The notes: generated by a model from the sequence alone, not told the origin. A stretch of 64,000 bases of DNA from Candidatus Woesearchaeota archaeon (GCA_965205335.1 OZ242164.1:1135750-1199749); one strand, 5' to 3'; shown: positions 38,038 through 49,711, counted from the first letter of the stretch. Program-made: numbers and translations.

Positions 38038-38165
38038 AGGTCAGGTCTATGATTCAAGTATCAAAACCTAAGACTATATGATCTTAAATGTGTGGGTATT
38101 GCAAAAGCAATATTATCTATGACTAAATAAAAAATCTAAAGTTTGCTGTCTTAGGTACCTGACCT
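38038..38165. ncRNA. candidate structured RNA or palindromic element (nested stems)
   Basis: AGGTCAGGT/ACCTGACCT, ACCTAAGAC/GTCTTAGGT, TATTGC-AAAA-GCAATA; TTTATATA box ~28 nt upstream on +. Confidence 0.4.
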
Positions 38166-38167
38166 CA

Positions 38168-40453
38168 TTATTTATCTTCTTTATTAATGTACTTTTGAAT
38201 ATAACTATTATACCAATGTTCAAATTCTAAAAATATCTTTTTTGAATCAAGTACTCCATATTCATTATTAATTCTCTCAGAGATTTTATGAAACTGATCA
38301 TTTGCATCAATAACAGGTTTTGCTTCAAGTATCTCATCACATTTGTGCTTTATAGAACAATCTACCTGCAATTTCTTTACCTTAACTCTTAACTGTATAT
38401 TATCCCATATGGCATCCCAGTTTCCTGCCCACTGCTTAACATTTCCACCTATTGCTTTTAAAATATCAGAATCACCATTAATCAAATCATCTGTCATCTC
38501 TAACTTGTCTTCTATTGAATTATATTTAAACAAATCCCCAAACCCATTCTCAAGCATGGGATCATTCTCCCAGTGCTTCTTAACCTCAGTTATCTGAGTG
38601 ATTCTACGAAACCTGTGCAGTCCATCCGATGACTTAACAGGATTTGCAATAATCACTAAATCAGTAGCTTTAAACGAAGTATTAGGAACTTTCAAATCAT
38701 TTACTAATCTATCATACACACCAAAAGGAGAATCTCCATGAATAGTTCCTGCAACAACATTTGCCAAAGCCCCAATCCGCATAGCTTCATATAACGCAAG
38801 AGCTTCTGTGCTTCTTACTTCTCCCACAATTAAACAGGAATCTCCTAGTCTTAAAGTGGATCTAATCCCCATATCGGCAGACATGCCCTCCTTACCAATT
38901 GACAATGCTGACCTAACTCTCATAGATTGGAGGTTATACCCTAAATCTGCAAGTTGAAGAGTTGGAAGTTCAAGTGTATCCTCAATAGTTATAATTCTGT
39001 ATTTTCTCATAATTTCAATCATAACAGCTACTAAAAAAGAAGACTTACCCGAACCTCTTGTACCTGCTATTAGAATAGTTCTTGCACCATCAATTATAAA
39101 TGAAAGAAGTCCTGCCGCATCAGAAGTAATCATATTATTTTTGATAAACAGAGGAAGAGTCCAAGGTTTATCTCTGTGCCTTCTAAAAGAAAACCCAATC
39201 CCATAAGGATTTAATGGCTTCCCAACAGCAGAAACCCTTGCTCTTGCTTCTGGAGTTTCAATTTCGGCATCAAGAAGAGGATTTGATGCATCAAAAGGTT
39301 TCCCTGAAATCATTCTAAGCCTTGATGCCCATCCCTCTATTTCATCCTGTTCAGGAATAATATTTGTTTTACAATCTTCAAAATCTGAATGTGTTAAAAA
39401 TATGGGTGTCCTATTTGCAGGAGAATTTATTGAGATATCCTGTATCTTTTCATCTTCCAAAAGAATTTCAACAAGTCCAAACCCAACAGTATATCTTATA
39501 AGAATATGTGCCAAATCATCAACCTCTCTATGATTCAGTTTTATATTTTTGAACTCAGCAATTTCTTCGACCAAATCCTTTGAAATATTATAAAATATCT
39601 CTCTTAGTTTAGTGGGATCTATAAAATCGGACGATTCAGGTTTATGTTCAGAGATTACTTCCTTTGCAAGATTTAAAATATTATACTTATCTTCAGACAG
39701 AGTAAACTCAAGAGGTATAATATGATATAAATTATATGCTTCATTATCCATCTCAAAAATTGTAACTTTAGCATCAAGCAGATTATACGAATCAACTTCT
39801 TTGGCTTCAATTGGAATCCTCTTTTGAAGTGATGTATATATAAAATTTGGTTTTATATTTGCCTCAAAGAATTTTTTGTATATCTCTCTGCTTCCAATTT
39901 TATGTCCAAAAAGTTCATTTTTGCTTAATTTGATTATAGTCATATCTTCAAGCTTTTCGCCAATATATTTTAATGCTCTCTCATACTTAGAATCAACTTC
40001 TTCACATTTATTATTTAAGTGGGTTTTTTCAAATTTATAATCTCTTAGTTTTCTCTTTATCCTAACATAAGCTCCTATTGGGTCTGAGGTTAGACTTTTC
40101 ACAATCGTATTCTGTAAGAAAGTATATCTATTAAAAAAAAGTTTGACACATTCCTCATCTTTATTAATTAGTTCTCCTGATGTAAAAAGTTCTTTTTGTT
40201 TGCTTAGCAAAGAATACATCTGTGCAATTTCATTTAAATGTTTAACTTGTTCAAAGTCATATTCGTAATTTTTATTATGAACAAATATTATTTTGGTTAT
40301 AGATGGTGTTTGAACTAATCTCTTAATTACATCGCGCATAACAATTCCATCATCCTCAATTGTGGGGAAGTTTTCTTTTCCAAGATAGTTTAATTTAAGA
40401 ATGTTTTCAACTCCATGTTTTATTATTTCAAAGTCCTTATCTTTTGAGAACAT
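38168..40453 (-). CDS. type II/IV secretion (pilus assembly) ATPase, TadA/FlaI/VirB11-like
   Basis: AGTRGSGKSS, TIEDTLEL, LRLGDS.LI.GEVR..EA..LYEAMR, GTIHG. Confidence 0.92.
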   Translation of the reverse strand: MFSKDKDFEIIKHGVENILKLNYLGKENFPTIEDDGIVMRDVIKRLVQTPSITKIIFVHNKNYEYDFEQVKHLNEIAQMYSLLSKQKELFTSGELINKDEECVKLFFNRYTFLQNTIVKSLTSDPIGAYVRIKRKLRDYKFEKTHLNNKCEEVDSKYERALKYIGEKLEDMTIIKLSKNELFGHKIGSREIYKKFFEANIKPNFIYTSLQKRIPIEAKEVDSYNLLDAKVTIFEMDNEAYNLYHIIPLEFTLSEDKYNILNLAKEVISEHKPESSDFIDPTKLREIFYNISKDLVEEIAEFKNIKLNHREVDDLAHILIRYTVGFGLVEILLEDEKIQDISINSPANRTPIFLTHSDFEDCKTNIIPEQDEIEGWASRLRMISGKPFDASNPLLDAEIETPEARARVSAVGKPLNPYGIGFSFRRHRDKPWTLPLFIKNNMITSDAAGLLSFIIDGARTILIAGTRGSGKSSFLVAVMIEIMRKYRIITIEDTLELPTLQLADLGYNLQSMRVRSALSIGKEGMSADMGIRSTLRLGDSCLIVGEVRSTEALALYEAMRIGALANVVAGTIHGDSPFGVYDRLVNDLKVPNTSFKATDLVIIANPVKSSDGLHRFRRITQITEVKKHWENDPMLENGFGDLFKYNSIEDKLEMTDDLINGDSDILKAIGGNVKQWAGNWDAIWDNIQLRVKVKKLQVDCSIKHKCDEILEAKPVIDANDQFHKISERINNEYGVLDSKKIFLEFEHWYNSYIQKYINKEDK

Positions 40454-41106
40454 ATTTCTTCTCAGAACTTGGAATTTAAATAATAATTTCGCTATTATTA
40501 AGGAGTTAAAAACTGTTTCCTAGAATTTATAGGATTTAAGCGTTATTTCCATCAATTTGATGAAAACTTTATAAATGGTTTCTTCCCTAAATACATACTC
40601 AATTTGATATTGAGCTTGACAACTTACAACACCTTGTGGTTTAGATAATACTTGCCATAAGGTTTCAATATTATATTTCTAATGATAAGTAAAGATAAAC
40701 ATTTATATATAAGTTTTCTTCTAAATTACAAACTTAATATTTGTATCTATTTCTCTAAACTTGTAGCCCAAAAATTAAAAACCAAATTAGTTTAGTAAAT
40801 ATACTCAATCTTTTACAGAGTTTTCATTCCATTTCAAACATAGTTTCTAACTTACTTAATTTATTTATCCGAAATGAAACTAAAATTTTTTAAAGTTTAA
40901 GAAATACTACATTTATACTAAGACATAGAGCCTTGGTGGTTTTTCCAGTTTTATCATATAAATGATCTTGGCGCATGTTTATTTTGCCTTGCCGAAAAAC
41001 TGGTTAAATAGGACATCAAATAGGAATTCAAATATATAATTTATATAGGTTACAATAAATATATTTTTGAAACTATTTTATTAAATTATTAATAGGAGGA
41101 ATTAAA

Positions 41107-42138
41107 ATGAGTGAAGAAGTGAAGGAAGAAGATAAGCAAGAACTAAAAGAAGAAAATACAAGAGAAGATAAAGAAACTAAACAGAGTAAAGAGAAGGAAT
41201 TAACAATATCTGATTTGCCGGGAGTTGGGCCGAGCACAGCAGAAAAATTAGAGGCAGCAGGAATTGACACATTACTTGCAGTTGCGGTTTCATCCATAAG
41301 AGTTCTAACAGAAGAAGCCGGAGTCTCTGAAAGCGTTGCAAGAAAAATGATTCAGGCCGCGCGTGATATGATGGATATGGGATTTGAAACTGCTGATTCA
41401 GTACTTGAAAGAAGACGCTCAATAAACAAAATTACAACAGGCTCAGAAGGATTTAATGATGTTATGGGAGGGGGATTTGAAACTGGAGCTATAACTGAAT
41501 GCTTTGGAGAATTTGGTTCAGGAAAAACTCAGATTGGACATCAGCTTGCAGTTAATGTTCAGTTGCCTCTGGATAAAGGAGGACTTAATGCAAAAGTAAT
41601 TTACATTGATACAGAAAATACGTTCAGACCTGAAAGAATTATTCAGATGGCTAAAGGCAAAGGAATTGATCCCCAAACTGCTTTGAAAAATATTAAAGTA
41701 GCAAGAGCATATAACTCAGATCATCAGATGCTCTTATCAGAAAAGGCAGAAGACTTGCTTAAAGAAGGGGAATATAAGGTCTTAATTGTTGATTCCCTAA
41801 CTGCTCATTTCAGGGCTGAATTTATTGGACGGGGAACATTGGCAGAAAGACAGCAAAAACTAAACAAGCACATGCACACTCTTTTAAGATTATCTGATAT
41901 GTATAATTGTTGCGTCATTGTATCCAATCAGGTTATGGCAAGACCAAATGTGATGTTTGGAGATCCAACTCAGGCAATTGGAGGACATATTGTAGGTCAC
42001 AGTTCAACATTTAGAATTTATCTAAGAAAAGGGAAAAAAGGTTCAAGAGTTGCAAAATTAGTTGACAGTCCCAACTTACCTGAAAACGAATGCATGTTTT
42101 TTGTAAATGAGGGAGGAATTTCAGATAAAGAAGAATAA
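41107..42138 (+). CDS. radA: DNA repair recombinase RadA
   Basis: [59 protein letters not shown]. Confidence 0.98.
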   Translation: MSEEVKEEDKQELKEENTREDKETKQSKEKELTISDLPGVGPSTAEKLEAAGIDTLLAVAVSSIRVLTEEAGVSESVARKMIQAARDMMDMGFETADSVLERRRSINKITTGSEGFNDVMGGGFETGAITECFGEFGSGKTQIGHQLAVNVQLPLDKGGLNAKVIYIDTENTFRPERIIQMAKGKGIDPQTALKNIKVARAYNSDHQMLLSEKAEDLLKEGEYKVLIVDSLTAHFRAEFIGRGTLAERQQKLNKHMHTLLRLSDMYNCCVIVSNQVMARPNVMFGDPTQAIGGHIVGHSSTFRIYLRKGKKGSRVAKLVDSPNLPENECMFFVNEGGISDKEE

Positions 42139-42253
42139 AATAAGAATTATTCTTTTCTCGTATTTGCTTCCCATTAAATTATCATTTATATACTTTTGAG
42201 TGTCTGAAATTTGAGTACTAATTTTTTTTAAACTTAAAAAATCAAAAAAGCCT

Positions 42254-42487
42254 ATGGACTTATTTGATAAAAAAGAAAAACTTGCAGATTTAATTGAAGA
42301 ATACACATCTGATGAATCTAAAGAATCCGAGCTTATAGATTACGTTAAAGAATGCTACGATGACCCAGACTTAAAAGACATTGAATTATTTAAAAACATA
42401 CTTGGAGAACTTGACAAGTACCTAAAAGACCTCTCAAGAAAAGAATTAAAGCAGAGAGTTCTGCTTATTCGTTCGTACATTGAATGA
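42254..42487 (+). CDS. small acidic hypothetical protein
   Basis: 77-aa ORF with TATA-like box upstream. Confidence 0.6.
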   Translation: MDLFDKKEKLADLIEEYTSDESKESELIDYVKECYDDPDLKDIELFKNILGELDKYLKDLSRKELKQRVLLIRSYIE

Positions 42488-42508
42488 AAATACTTCAATT
42501 CATATGCG

Positions 42509-45397
42509 TCATTTCAAAATTGGTTTTAGAAACTGACCAGTAAAACTTTTCTTTACCTTAACAATCTCTTCAGGAGTTCCAACTGCAATTATTTCTCCTC
42601 CATTCTCACCGCCCTCAGGACCCATATCAATAACATAATCACAGCACTTAACAACATCTAAATTATGCTCAATGACAATAATTGAATTCCCTTTCTCAAC
42701 TAAACGATTCATAACAGAAAGAAGTTTTCTGACATCCTCAAAATGAAGCCCCGTAGTTGGTTCATCTAAAACATACAAAGTATTTCCTTTCTTGAACTTA
42801 GCAAGCTCACGGGTTAATTTAATCCTCTGAGACTCACCGCCCGACAAAGTAGTTGAAGACTGCCCAAGTTTAATATACCCAAGCCCTACATCTGCAAGAG
42901 TTTTCAGTTTCCTATGAACATTTGAAATATTTTCAAAGTAAACAACTGCCTCATCCACACTCATATTAAGAACCTCTGCTATATCCTTGCCTTTATAAGT
43001 TACCTCTAAAGTTTCACTATTATACCTTTTGCCTCTGCAATCCTCACACTCAACAAACACATCGGGAAGAAAATTCATCTCAATCTTAATCATCCCATCA
43101 CCCCTGCAAGTCTCGCAACGCCCACCCTTAACATTAAAAGAAAACCTTCCTTCCTTATACCCTCTAACTTTGGCTTCCTTAGTCATTGCAAAAATTCTAC
43201 GGATTTCATCAAAAATTTTAGTATAAGTTGCGGGATTTGACCTTGGTGTTTTTCCAATTGGATTCTGATCTATTACAATAATATTATCAACATCTTCTGG
43301 AACTATTATTTCTTTATGCAATCCAACCTTTTCATGACTTTGAGAAAAATATTTCTGCAAACCACGGACAAGAGTCTGATTAATCAAAGTAGACTTGCCA
43401 GAACCTGAAACTCCACAAACTCCGCATAAAATTCCCGTTGGAATTTTAACATTTGTATTCTTTAAATTATTTTCCTGTGCTCCTCTTACCTCAATAAAAT
43501 TTCTTGGTTTTAACCTCTCCTTTGGAACATCAATCTCCAACTCCTTTGACAAATATCTCCCAGTTAAAGATTTGCTGTTTCCTGCAATCTCATCGGGAGT
43601 TCCTGTTGCTATAATATGTCCCCCATTAATTCCTGCCCCTGGTCCTATATCAATAACATAATCCGCAGCTTTTATAGTATCCTCATCATGCTCAACAACA
43701 ATTAAAGTATTTCCTAAATCACGAAGCCCGCAAAGAGTATTAATCAACTTGGCATTATCTCTTTGGTGCAACCCAATTGAAGGCTCATCTAAAATATATA
43801 GAACTCCCATCAAATTTGCTCCTATCTGAGTTGCCAGTCTTATCCTCTGAGCCTCTCCTCCTGACAAAGTCCCAGCAGAACGCGAAAGATTCAGATAACT
43901 TAACCCCACATTGTTTAGAAATGTTAATCTGTCTATTATCTCTTTTAAAACCTGCTTTGCAATAAACTTTTCCTTATCTGTTAATTTCCTTTCAAGATTT
44001 GTAAAAAAACTAAGTGCATCTTTAATAGATAACTCTGTTATATCAATTATTGACTGCTTCTGAATCTTAACTGCAAGAATATTGTCCTTTAACCTTTTCC
44101 CTGAACATGCCTCGCATTTAGAACTAACCATTAATTTCTCGTAAATACTTTTCCTGTAATCCGATTCTGACTGTTTATACAATCTCATAGTCTGCGGAAT
44201 TACTCCCTCCCAGCCAGTTTCCAAATTCATTCTTGCACCATTTGACCAAAAAGCCTTAATCGGTTGCTTTGTTCCATACAAAAGAACTTTCAGTTGAGTT
44301 TGTGTAAAATCCTTGATTGGAGTAAATATATCAAACCCAAAATTTCTCCCAACAGCACTAATTTGCTGAGTTCTAAACTTTAAATCCATCCTGCCATACA
44401 CACTTATAGCACCATCCATAATAGACAACTCTTTATCTGGAATAATTAAATCAGGAGAGATTTTCATTTTCTCTCCTATTCCCAAACATTCACGGCATGC
44501 TCCAAAAGGGGAATTAAAAGAAAACATTCTTGGCTCTAACTGTTCAAATATTATATCACTGTGATTGGGACATGCTCCAAATGTTGAATAAGTTATCTCG
44601 CATTCTCTTTGAATATCCTTTAAATCTTTCTCTGTAATCTTTGAACCGAGTTCATCAACCTTCTCTTTTGCTTTATCATAATCCAAAATATTAAGAGTTC
44701 CTCCCCCAAACTTTAAAGCCTGTTCAACTGAATCAGTGATTCTTAATCTTTCATCATCAGAAATCACAATCCTGTCAACTACTGCCTCAATCCAGTGCTT
44801 CTCATACCTCTCTAACTTTAATTCATCTTTTATAGTTTCCAAATCATAAATATGCCCGTCAACTCTTGCCTTTGTAAACCCGTCCCTTTTCAAATCATCA
44901 AACACTCTCTCATAAGTTCCCTTCAAACCGCGAACAATTGGCGCTAAAATTACAATTCTCTTCCCCTTATCTGAAATAATAAGATTAACTATATTTTCAG
45001 CAGACTGAGGTTTAATAGGAGAATCACATTTAGGACAATGAGGAGTTCCAATTCTTGCAAACAATAATCTTAAATAATCATAAATCTCTGTAACCGTCCC
45101 CACAGTTGATCTTGGGTTTTTAGAAGTTGTTTTCTGTTCTATTGATATAGCAGGCGATAATCCTTCAATTGAATCAACATCAGGTTTATTCATAAGCCCT
45201 AAAAATTGCCTAGCATACGCTGATAAAGATTCTACATATCTTCTCTGCCCTTCCGCATACAATGTATCAAATGCAAGAGTTGATTTACCCGAACCTGAAA
45301 GTCCTGTAATCACAATAAATTTATCTCTTGGAAATTCTACATCTATGTTTTTTAGATTATGTTCTCTTGCACCTTTTACAATAATATTTTTGTTCAT
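42509..45397 (-). CDS. uvrA: excinuclease ABC subunit A
   Basis: [56 protein letters not shown]; likely start at 45397. Confidence 0.98.
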   Translation of the reverse strand: MNKNIIVKGAREHNLKNIDVEFPRDKFIVITGLSGSGKSTLAFDTLYAEGQRRYVESLSAYARQFLGLMNKPDVDSIEGLSPAISIEQKTTSKNPRSTVGTVTEIYDYLRLLFARIGTPHCPKCDSPIKPQSAENIVNLIISDKGKRIVILAPIVRGLKGTYERVFDDLKRDGFTKARVDGHIYDLETIKDELKLERYEKHWIEAVVDRIVISDDERLRITDSVEQALKFGGGTLNILDYDKAKEKVDELGSKITEKDLKDIQRECEITYSTFGACPNHSDIIFEQLEPRMFSFNSPFGACRECLGIGEKMKISPDLIIPDKELSIMDGAISVYGRMDLKFRTQQISAVGRNFGFDIFTPIKDFTQTQLKVLLYGTKQPIKAFWSNGARMNLETGWEGVIPQTMRLYKQSESDYRKSIYEKLMVSSKCEACSGKRLKDNILAVKIQKQSIIDITELSIKDALSFFTNLERKLTDKEKFIAKQVLKEIIDRLTFLNNVGLSYLNLSRSAGTLSGGEAQRIRLATQIGANLMGVLYILDEPSIGLHQRDNAKLINTLCGLRDLGNTLIVVEHDEDTIKAADYVIDIGPGAGINGGHIIATGTPDEIAGNSKSLTGRYLSKELEIDVPKERLKPRNFIEVRGAQENNLKNTNVKIPTGILCGVCGVSGSGKSTLINQTLVRGLQKYFSQSHEKVGLHKEIIVPEDVDNIIVIDQNPIGKTPRSNPATYTKIFDEIRRIFAMTKEAKVRGYKEGRFSFNVKGGRCETCRGDGMIKIEMNFLPDVFVECEDCRGKRYNSETLEVTYKGKDIAEVLNMSVDEAVVYFENISNVHRKLKTLADVGLGYIKLGQSSTTLSGGESQRIKLTRELAKFKKGNTLYVLDEPTTGLHFEDVRKLLSVMNRLVEKGNSIIVIEHNLDVVKCCDYVIDMGPEGGENGGEIIAVGTPEEIVKVKKSFTGQFLKPILK

Positions 45398-45563
45398 TCT
45401 GTAATGTTGAGAGCACTTAAAATAAACAAAATACAATTCCTTTATAAAATTATTTTAAGATAGTTGTTAAGAGGAATTATAATGGCAAGCACAAAACAAA
45501 TTTAATAATTTGCAACTTAAAAAAAAACTAAAACACATATTCATTAAGAATATCAAATGTAAC

Positions 45564-45625
45564 TTTAATCATAGCATTTATACTGCAGAAAAGTTCCACC
45601 TGAATTGCAATTTATTAAATCAGAA
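45564..45625 (+). repeat. dispersed intergenic repeat, copy 2
   Basis: matches 24722-24782. Confidence 0.85.
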
Positions 45626-45758
45626 GATGAATCTGAAATCAAAACTTGAATTAATATGCTACTCATTTTATACTATGCAAAGATTTTTAAAGATTTAATG
45701 CTAAGAAAATATTAATTAGTATTTACAACTAACTCTTAGTTATAAATTTGGCAAAAAA

Positions 45759-46865
45759 ATGGATAGTATTATCAAAAATGCAGTAGATAATTCAGATGCT
45801 CAAAAGTCATTTGTATCAAGCAAAGAGGATGAGGAACTTTTGGAAGTTTTAAAAAAGCATCAAGCAAGAATTAAAGTAGTTGGAGTTGGTGGTGGTGGAA
45901 ACAATACTCTTGACAGAATTTCAGAAATAGGTATTGAGGGAGCAAGAACCATTGGAATTAATACTGATGCTCAGGATTTAATTGAAACAAAGGCTGATAA
46001 GAAGATATTAATAGGTCGTGAATTAACTAAGGGATTAGGAGCAGGATCTGTTCCAAAAGTAGGTGAGGAAGCCGCCCGAGAGTCAGAAAGTGATATTAAA
46101 GAAGCTCTTAAAGATTCAGATATGATTTTCATTACAGCAGGAATGGGAGGGGGAACTGGAACAGGCGCCGCTCCATTTATTGCTGAAACTGCCAGAAAGT
46201 CGGGAGCTCTTTTAGTTGGGGTTGTTACAATTCCTTTTTCAATGGAAGGCTCAAGAAGATATGATAATGCTATATTAGGACTTGAGAGAATGGAAAGACA
46301 TGTAGATACTCTAATTGTTATTCCGAACGAAAAACTCTTGGAGATTGCACCGAATTTACCACTTCACACAGCTTTTAAATTGGCTGATGAAGTTCTAACT
46401 AATGCTGTTAAGGGAATTACAGAATTAGTTACAAGAAATGGATTAATCAATCTTGACTTTGCAGATATAAGAACGGTTATGACAAGTGCAGGTATGGCAA
46501 TGATTGGTCTTGGAGAATCTGATTCTGAGAACAGAGCAGAGGAAAGCGTTGAGAGAGCATTAAACAATCCTCTTTTAGATGTTGATTTATCTGGTGCATC
46601 TGGCGCTCTTGTTAATGTAACAGGGGGTGCTGATATGACATTAGAAGATGCAAAGAGAATTGTTGCAAGAGTTTCCAAAACTCTTGATGAAGATGCAAGA
46701 ATTATATGGGGGGCTCAGATTATGGAGGATTTAAATAGAGTAGTTAAAACAATGGTCGTAATTACGGGCGTTAAATCTGACCAGATTAGAGGATCTTCAA
46801 GAGTTTCAAGAGAAAGAGATGACGACTATGATGAAAACGATTTAGGAATTGAATTCGTAAGATAA
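45759..46865 (+). CDS. ftsZ: cell division protein FtsZ
   Basis: [31 protein letters not shown]. Confidence 0.98.
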   Translation: MDSIIKNAVDNSDAQKSFVSSKEDEELLEVLKKHQARIKVVGVGGGGNNTLDRISEIGIEGARTIGINTDAQDLIETKADKKILIGRELTKGLGAGSVPKVGEEAARESESDIKEALKDSDMIFITAGMGGGTGTGAAPFIAETARKSGALLVGVVTIPFSMEGSRRYDNAILGLERMERHVDTLIVIPNEKLLEIAPNLPLHTAFKLADEVLTNAVKGITELVTRNGLINLDFADIRTVMTSAGMAMIGLGESDSENRAEESVERALNNPLLDVDLSGASGALVNVTGGADMTLEDAKRIVARVSKTLDEDARIIWGAQIMEDLNRVVKTMVVITGVKSDQIRGSSRVSRERDDDYDENDLGIEFVR

Positions 46866-46934
46866 GTTTATATTTATTTATATTAGAAAATTAATATAAC
46901 AATTAGAATTTAAGAGTAAATTCTAAATTAATCT

Positions 46935-47214
46935 GGTTCTGCAACAAAAAGGGAATTTTTGAAGGATGGGGGCAAATTGCCACCTTCCTTGATTTTCAGG
47001 CATTAAGATAATTTCATATAATAGTATAAAATTTAATTTTTAATGAAAGAAAATAAGAATTCCCTTAATTCCTCAAAAGGTTCAAGAAGCGATAGCAGAG
47101 AAAGTCGCAGATAGTCATAATCTAAGAAAACAAAGCAGACAACTTTTAGAAGAAGCAAAAACAGAAGTGAAAAGATAAATAAAAAAATAAAAGTCCCTAT
47201 TTTGTTACAGAAAC
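46935..47214. mobile_element. 280-bp TIR-bounded element containing an HsdS-like C-terminal fragment
   Basis: Ends GGTTCTGCAACAAAA-AGGGAATTTT vs rc GTTTCTGTAACAAAATAGGGACTTTT; degenerate 9-bp flanks AATTAATCT/AACTAATCA; 47053-47178 reads IRIPLIPQKVQEAIAEKVADSHNLRKQSRQLLEEAKTEVKR*. Confidence 0.7.
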
Positions 47215-47222
47215 AACTAATC

Positions 47223-47309
47223 GGCTTTGTACGAAAAGTAACTAAAATATCAATATGTAGTATATTTTAAAATATAATAACACAAGATATAGACTTTTCG
47301 TACAAAGCC
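47223..47309. mobile_element. 87-bp MITE
   Basis: Perfect 17-bp TIR GGCTTTGTACGAAAAGT/ACTTTTCGTACAAAGCC; perfect 9-bp TSD CAACTAATC. Confidence 0.93.
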
Positions 47310-47353
47310 CAACTAATCATAAGATTTATAAATGTTAGACACGAAACGAATAT

Positions 47354-47530
47354 ATGAAATTAGGATATATTTTCTATTTAATTGGTATTTTTTTTCTTAT
47401 ACTTACTATCGGATATTTTGTAATAAAGTATCTTGAACATTTTCCTACAAGTATTAAAGCAATATTATCTTTTATAACTGCGATAATACTATTTATCATA
47501 GGGGATTATTTAAGGAGGCTTGACAAATGA
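47354..47530 (+). CDS. 58-aa two-TM membrane protein (not in ORF track)
   Basis: MKLGYIFYLIGIFFLILTIGYFVIKYLEHFPTSIKAILSFITAIILFIIGDYLRRLDK; ATGA overlap with next gene. Confidence 0.75.
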   Translation: MKLGYIFYLIGIFFLILTIGYFVIKYLEHFPTSIKAILSFITAIILFIIGDYLRRLDK

Positions 47531-47826
47531 GTGAAGCAGGTTGGTCAATAGCATTGGGGATTCTGGTATTTTTAATTGCAATCATATTTGCCGCAATATA
47601 CTACTTCCGATACAAAAGAATCTACTTAGTAATACTTATCACATCAATTGCAACATATATATTTGCAGTATTTTACACATGGGAGGTTTTTGAATTAAAC
47701 ACAAACTGGATACTCCTTATGCTTGTTATGTCCACAATTATTATGACACTTTTAGGGAGATATTTCTCTAAAATCAGATTAGTACCTGACAAAGCGCATA
47801 CAACCTTAAAAGAAAAGGAAAAATGA
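47527..47826 (+). CDS. small 3-TM membrane protein
   Basis: hydrophobic ORF, translationally coupled on both sides. Confidence 0.7.
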   Translation: MSEAGWSIALGILVFLIAIIFAAIYYFRYKRIYLVILITSIATYIFAVFYTWEVFELNTNWILLMLVMSTIIMTLLGRYFSKIRLVPDKAHTTLKEKEK

Positions 47827-48350
47827 CTGAAAATGAAAATAATAGAGGCACTCTCTATCTCATATTAATAGGGGTTTTAATCTTGGTTTTTATCGGACTC
47901 TTATTTCTATCATCGCCAGATAACACAAGTATTAAATATAAATTTGAAGATGCAATAGTTGTTTCAGACATCTCTTCATTTACCGCCCAAATTGGAAATG
48001 TTAATGTGAAAAACTACAATATCCTGCCAGCAAAAATTGAACTCAAAGATTTAGTTGCATGTGTATTTGACGATAACTTTGATGGTAATTTGGATGTTAC
48101 ATACGGAGCAGTGAGAAATTATTATTATAATAAACATTTTATTGAATTAAAATCAAAAGAAGAAAAGTCAATTTCAATTATTCTTGAAAATATGAAATAT
48201 TATAAAGAAACAGAACCTAATAATAAAGGAAATTTTAAACTGTATTTATTTGAAAACCCACAAGAAGAATATTATTTTGATAACAGTCTTTGCTATGAAT
48301 TTAGAAAAGCAGATGCAATAAAAATTATAGATATAAATGTTGGGAAATAA
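47823..48350 (+). CDS. membrane-anchored hypothetical protein
   Basis: N-terminal TM; ATGA overlap. Confidence 0.7.
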   Translation: MTENENNRGTLYLILIGVLILVFIGLLFLSSPDNTSIKYKFEDAIVVSDISSFTAQIGNVNVKNYNILPAKIELKDLVACVFDDNFDGNLDVTYGAVRNYYYNKHFIELKSKEEKSISIILENMKYYKETEPNNKGNFKLYLFENPQEEYYFDNSLCYEFRKADAIKIIDINVGK

Positions 48351-48464
48351 AAAATCGCAGGTTTCGACGTATTTATGGGTTGCTTTAATAGTTTTTATAA
48401 TACTTCTTGGGCTTTACTTCCTATCTCAAAAAGTATCAATATTTAATTCGGCTCTTGGATTAGA

Positions 48465-49259
48465 ATGAATGAGTTAAAAATATCAGACTTTTCTTTGGAA
48501 CATACATTAAACTCAGGGCAGTTTTTTCTATATGAATTAAATGAAGAAAACTTCTATGAAATAATTCATTCAGACAACAAATTTAAAATAAAACAAGGCA
48601 AAGACACTTTAATTTATGAGGGGATAAATGAGAAAGATTTAATTCATTTTTTATCCTTAGATATTGACTTGAATAAATTAACAGATGATTTTAATGACAA
48701 ATACTTACTAATTGCTCTTGAAAAATATTGGGGACTAAGACTTCTACGACAGGATTTATGGCAGTGTCTTATTGGTTTTGTATGTTCAAGCGCCTCAAAC
48801 ATTCTAAAAATTAAAACCAACCTAAGACTAATGATTAAAGAATTTTCAGATGATGGAACATTTCCAAAATCTTCTCAATTAAACAATCTAGAAAAACTAA
48901 AAAAATGTAAAATAGGTTATAGGGCTAAATATATCTATGAAATAAATAATATGATAAAAGAAAATCCTAATTTCTTAGAAGAAATAAAAAAACAAGATTA
49001 CAAGAACTCAAAAAAACTTTTAATGAAATTCCCTGGAGTTGGTTCAAAAGTTGCAGATTGCGTCTGCTTGTTTGCTCTTAATCATAAAGAAGCATTTCCT
49101 ATTGACACATGGGTTAAACAAATCATTGAAAAACTTTACCTAAAAAAAGAAACTGAAAATATTAAAGAAATTGAAAATTTTGTAAATAAATATTTTAAAG
49201 GACACAAAGGAATAAAACAACAATATCTCTTCCACTATGCAAGACATAACTTGAAATAG
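48465..49259 (+). CDS. 8-oxoguanine DNA glycosylase (OGG1-like, HhH-GPD)
   Basis: TL.SGQ.F, GLRLLRQD.W.CLI.F.CS...NI..I, GYRAKY, PGVG.KVADC..LF...AFPIDTW. Confidence 0.9.
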   Translation: MNELKISDFSLEHTLNSGQFFLYELNEENFYEIIHSDNKFKIKQGKDTLIYEGINEKDLIHFLSLDIDLNKLTDDFNDKYLLIALEKYWGLRLLRQDLWQCLIGFVCSSASNILKIKTNLRLMIKEFSDDGTFPKSSQLNNLEKLKKCKIGYRAKYIYEINNMIKENPNFLEEIKKQDYKNSKKLLMKFPGVGSKVADCVCLFALNHKEAFPIDTWVKQIIEKLYLKKETENIKEIENFVNKYFKGHKGIKQQYLFHYARHNLK

Positions 49260-49289
49260 AAATCCAAGAGAATTTATTAAAGTTTATTT

Positions 49290-49660
49290 ATCTGTTATAA
49301 TTTTTTGTAATTAATGTTATTGCGTGTGCAGACCTCCCCTTAACCTTAACTGACTTATTATGCATATTCTCTCTCTCAAAAGATAACTCATATGTTCTCA
49401 TATCTATTATCACCAATCACACTGAAAAATGCAGATCTCCTCCCAAGACATGCAACCCCATAAACAGTATTTGCCACGCTACCGCCTGCACATTCTTTAA
49501 TATCATGATTTGATAACTGTCTTAATATTTCCTCTGCCTTTCCTCACATGTTAAAGCCATAGTACCTTTCTTAATTTCAAGTTCCTCAAGAAAATAATCT
49601 TCAACTTCAACAAGCAAATCAAGAATAGGGAAACCAATCCCTAAAACATCAATATATTTA
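49290..49660 (-). pseudogene. decayed PfkB-family (adenosine kinase-like) gene, N-terminal part
   Basis: IDVLGIG.PILDLLVEVED.FLEEL.IKKG.M.L then, across frameshifts/stops, AGGSVANT..GVA.LG...AF...IGD and HAITLIT. Confidence 0.75.
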
Positions 49661-49711
49661 TGTAAAACTTCTTCTCTTCTATTGGACAATACTCTATCTT
49701 CCAATGTCTTA

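Noticed and set aside
45510-45698. 62-aa ORF between uvrA and ftsZ
   Set aside because: TTG start, low-information AT-rich sequence overlapping the dispersed repeat
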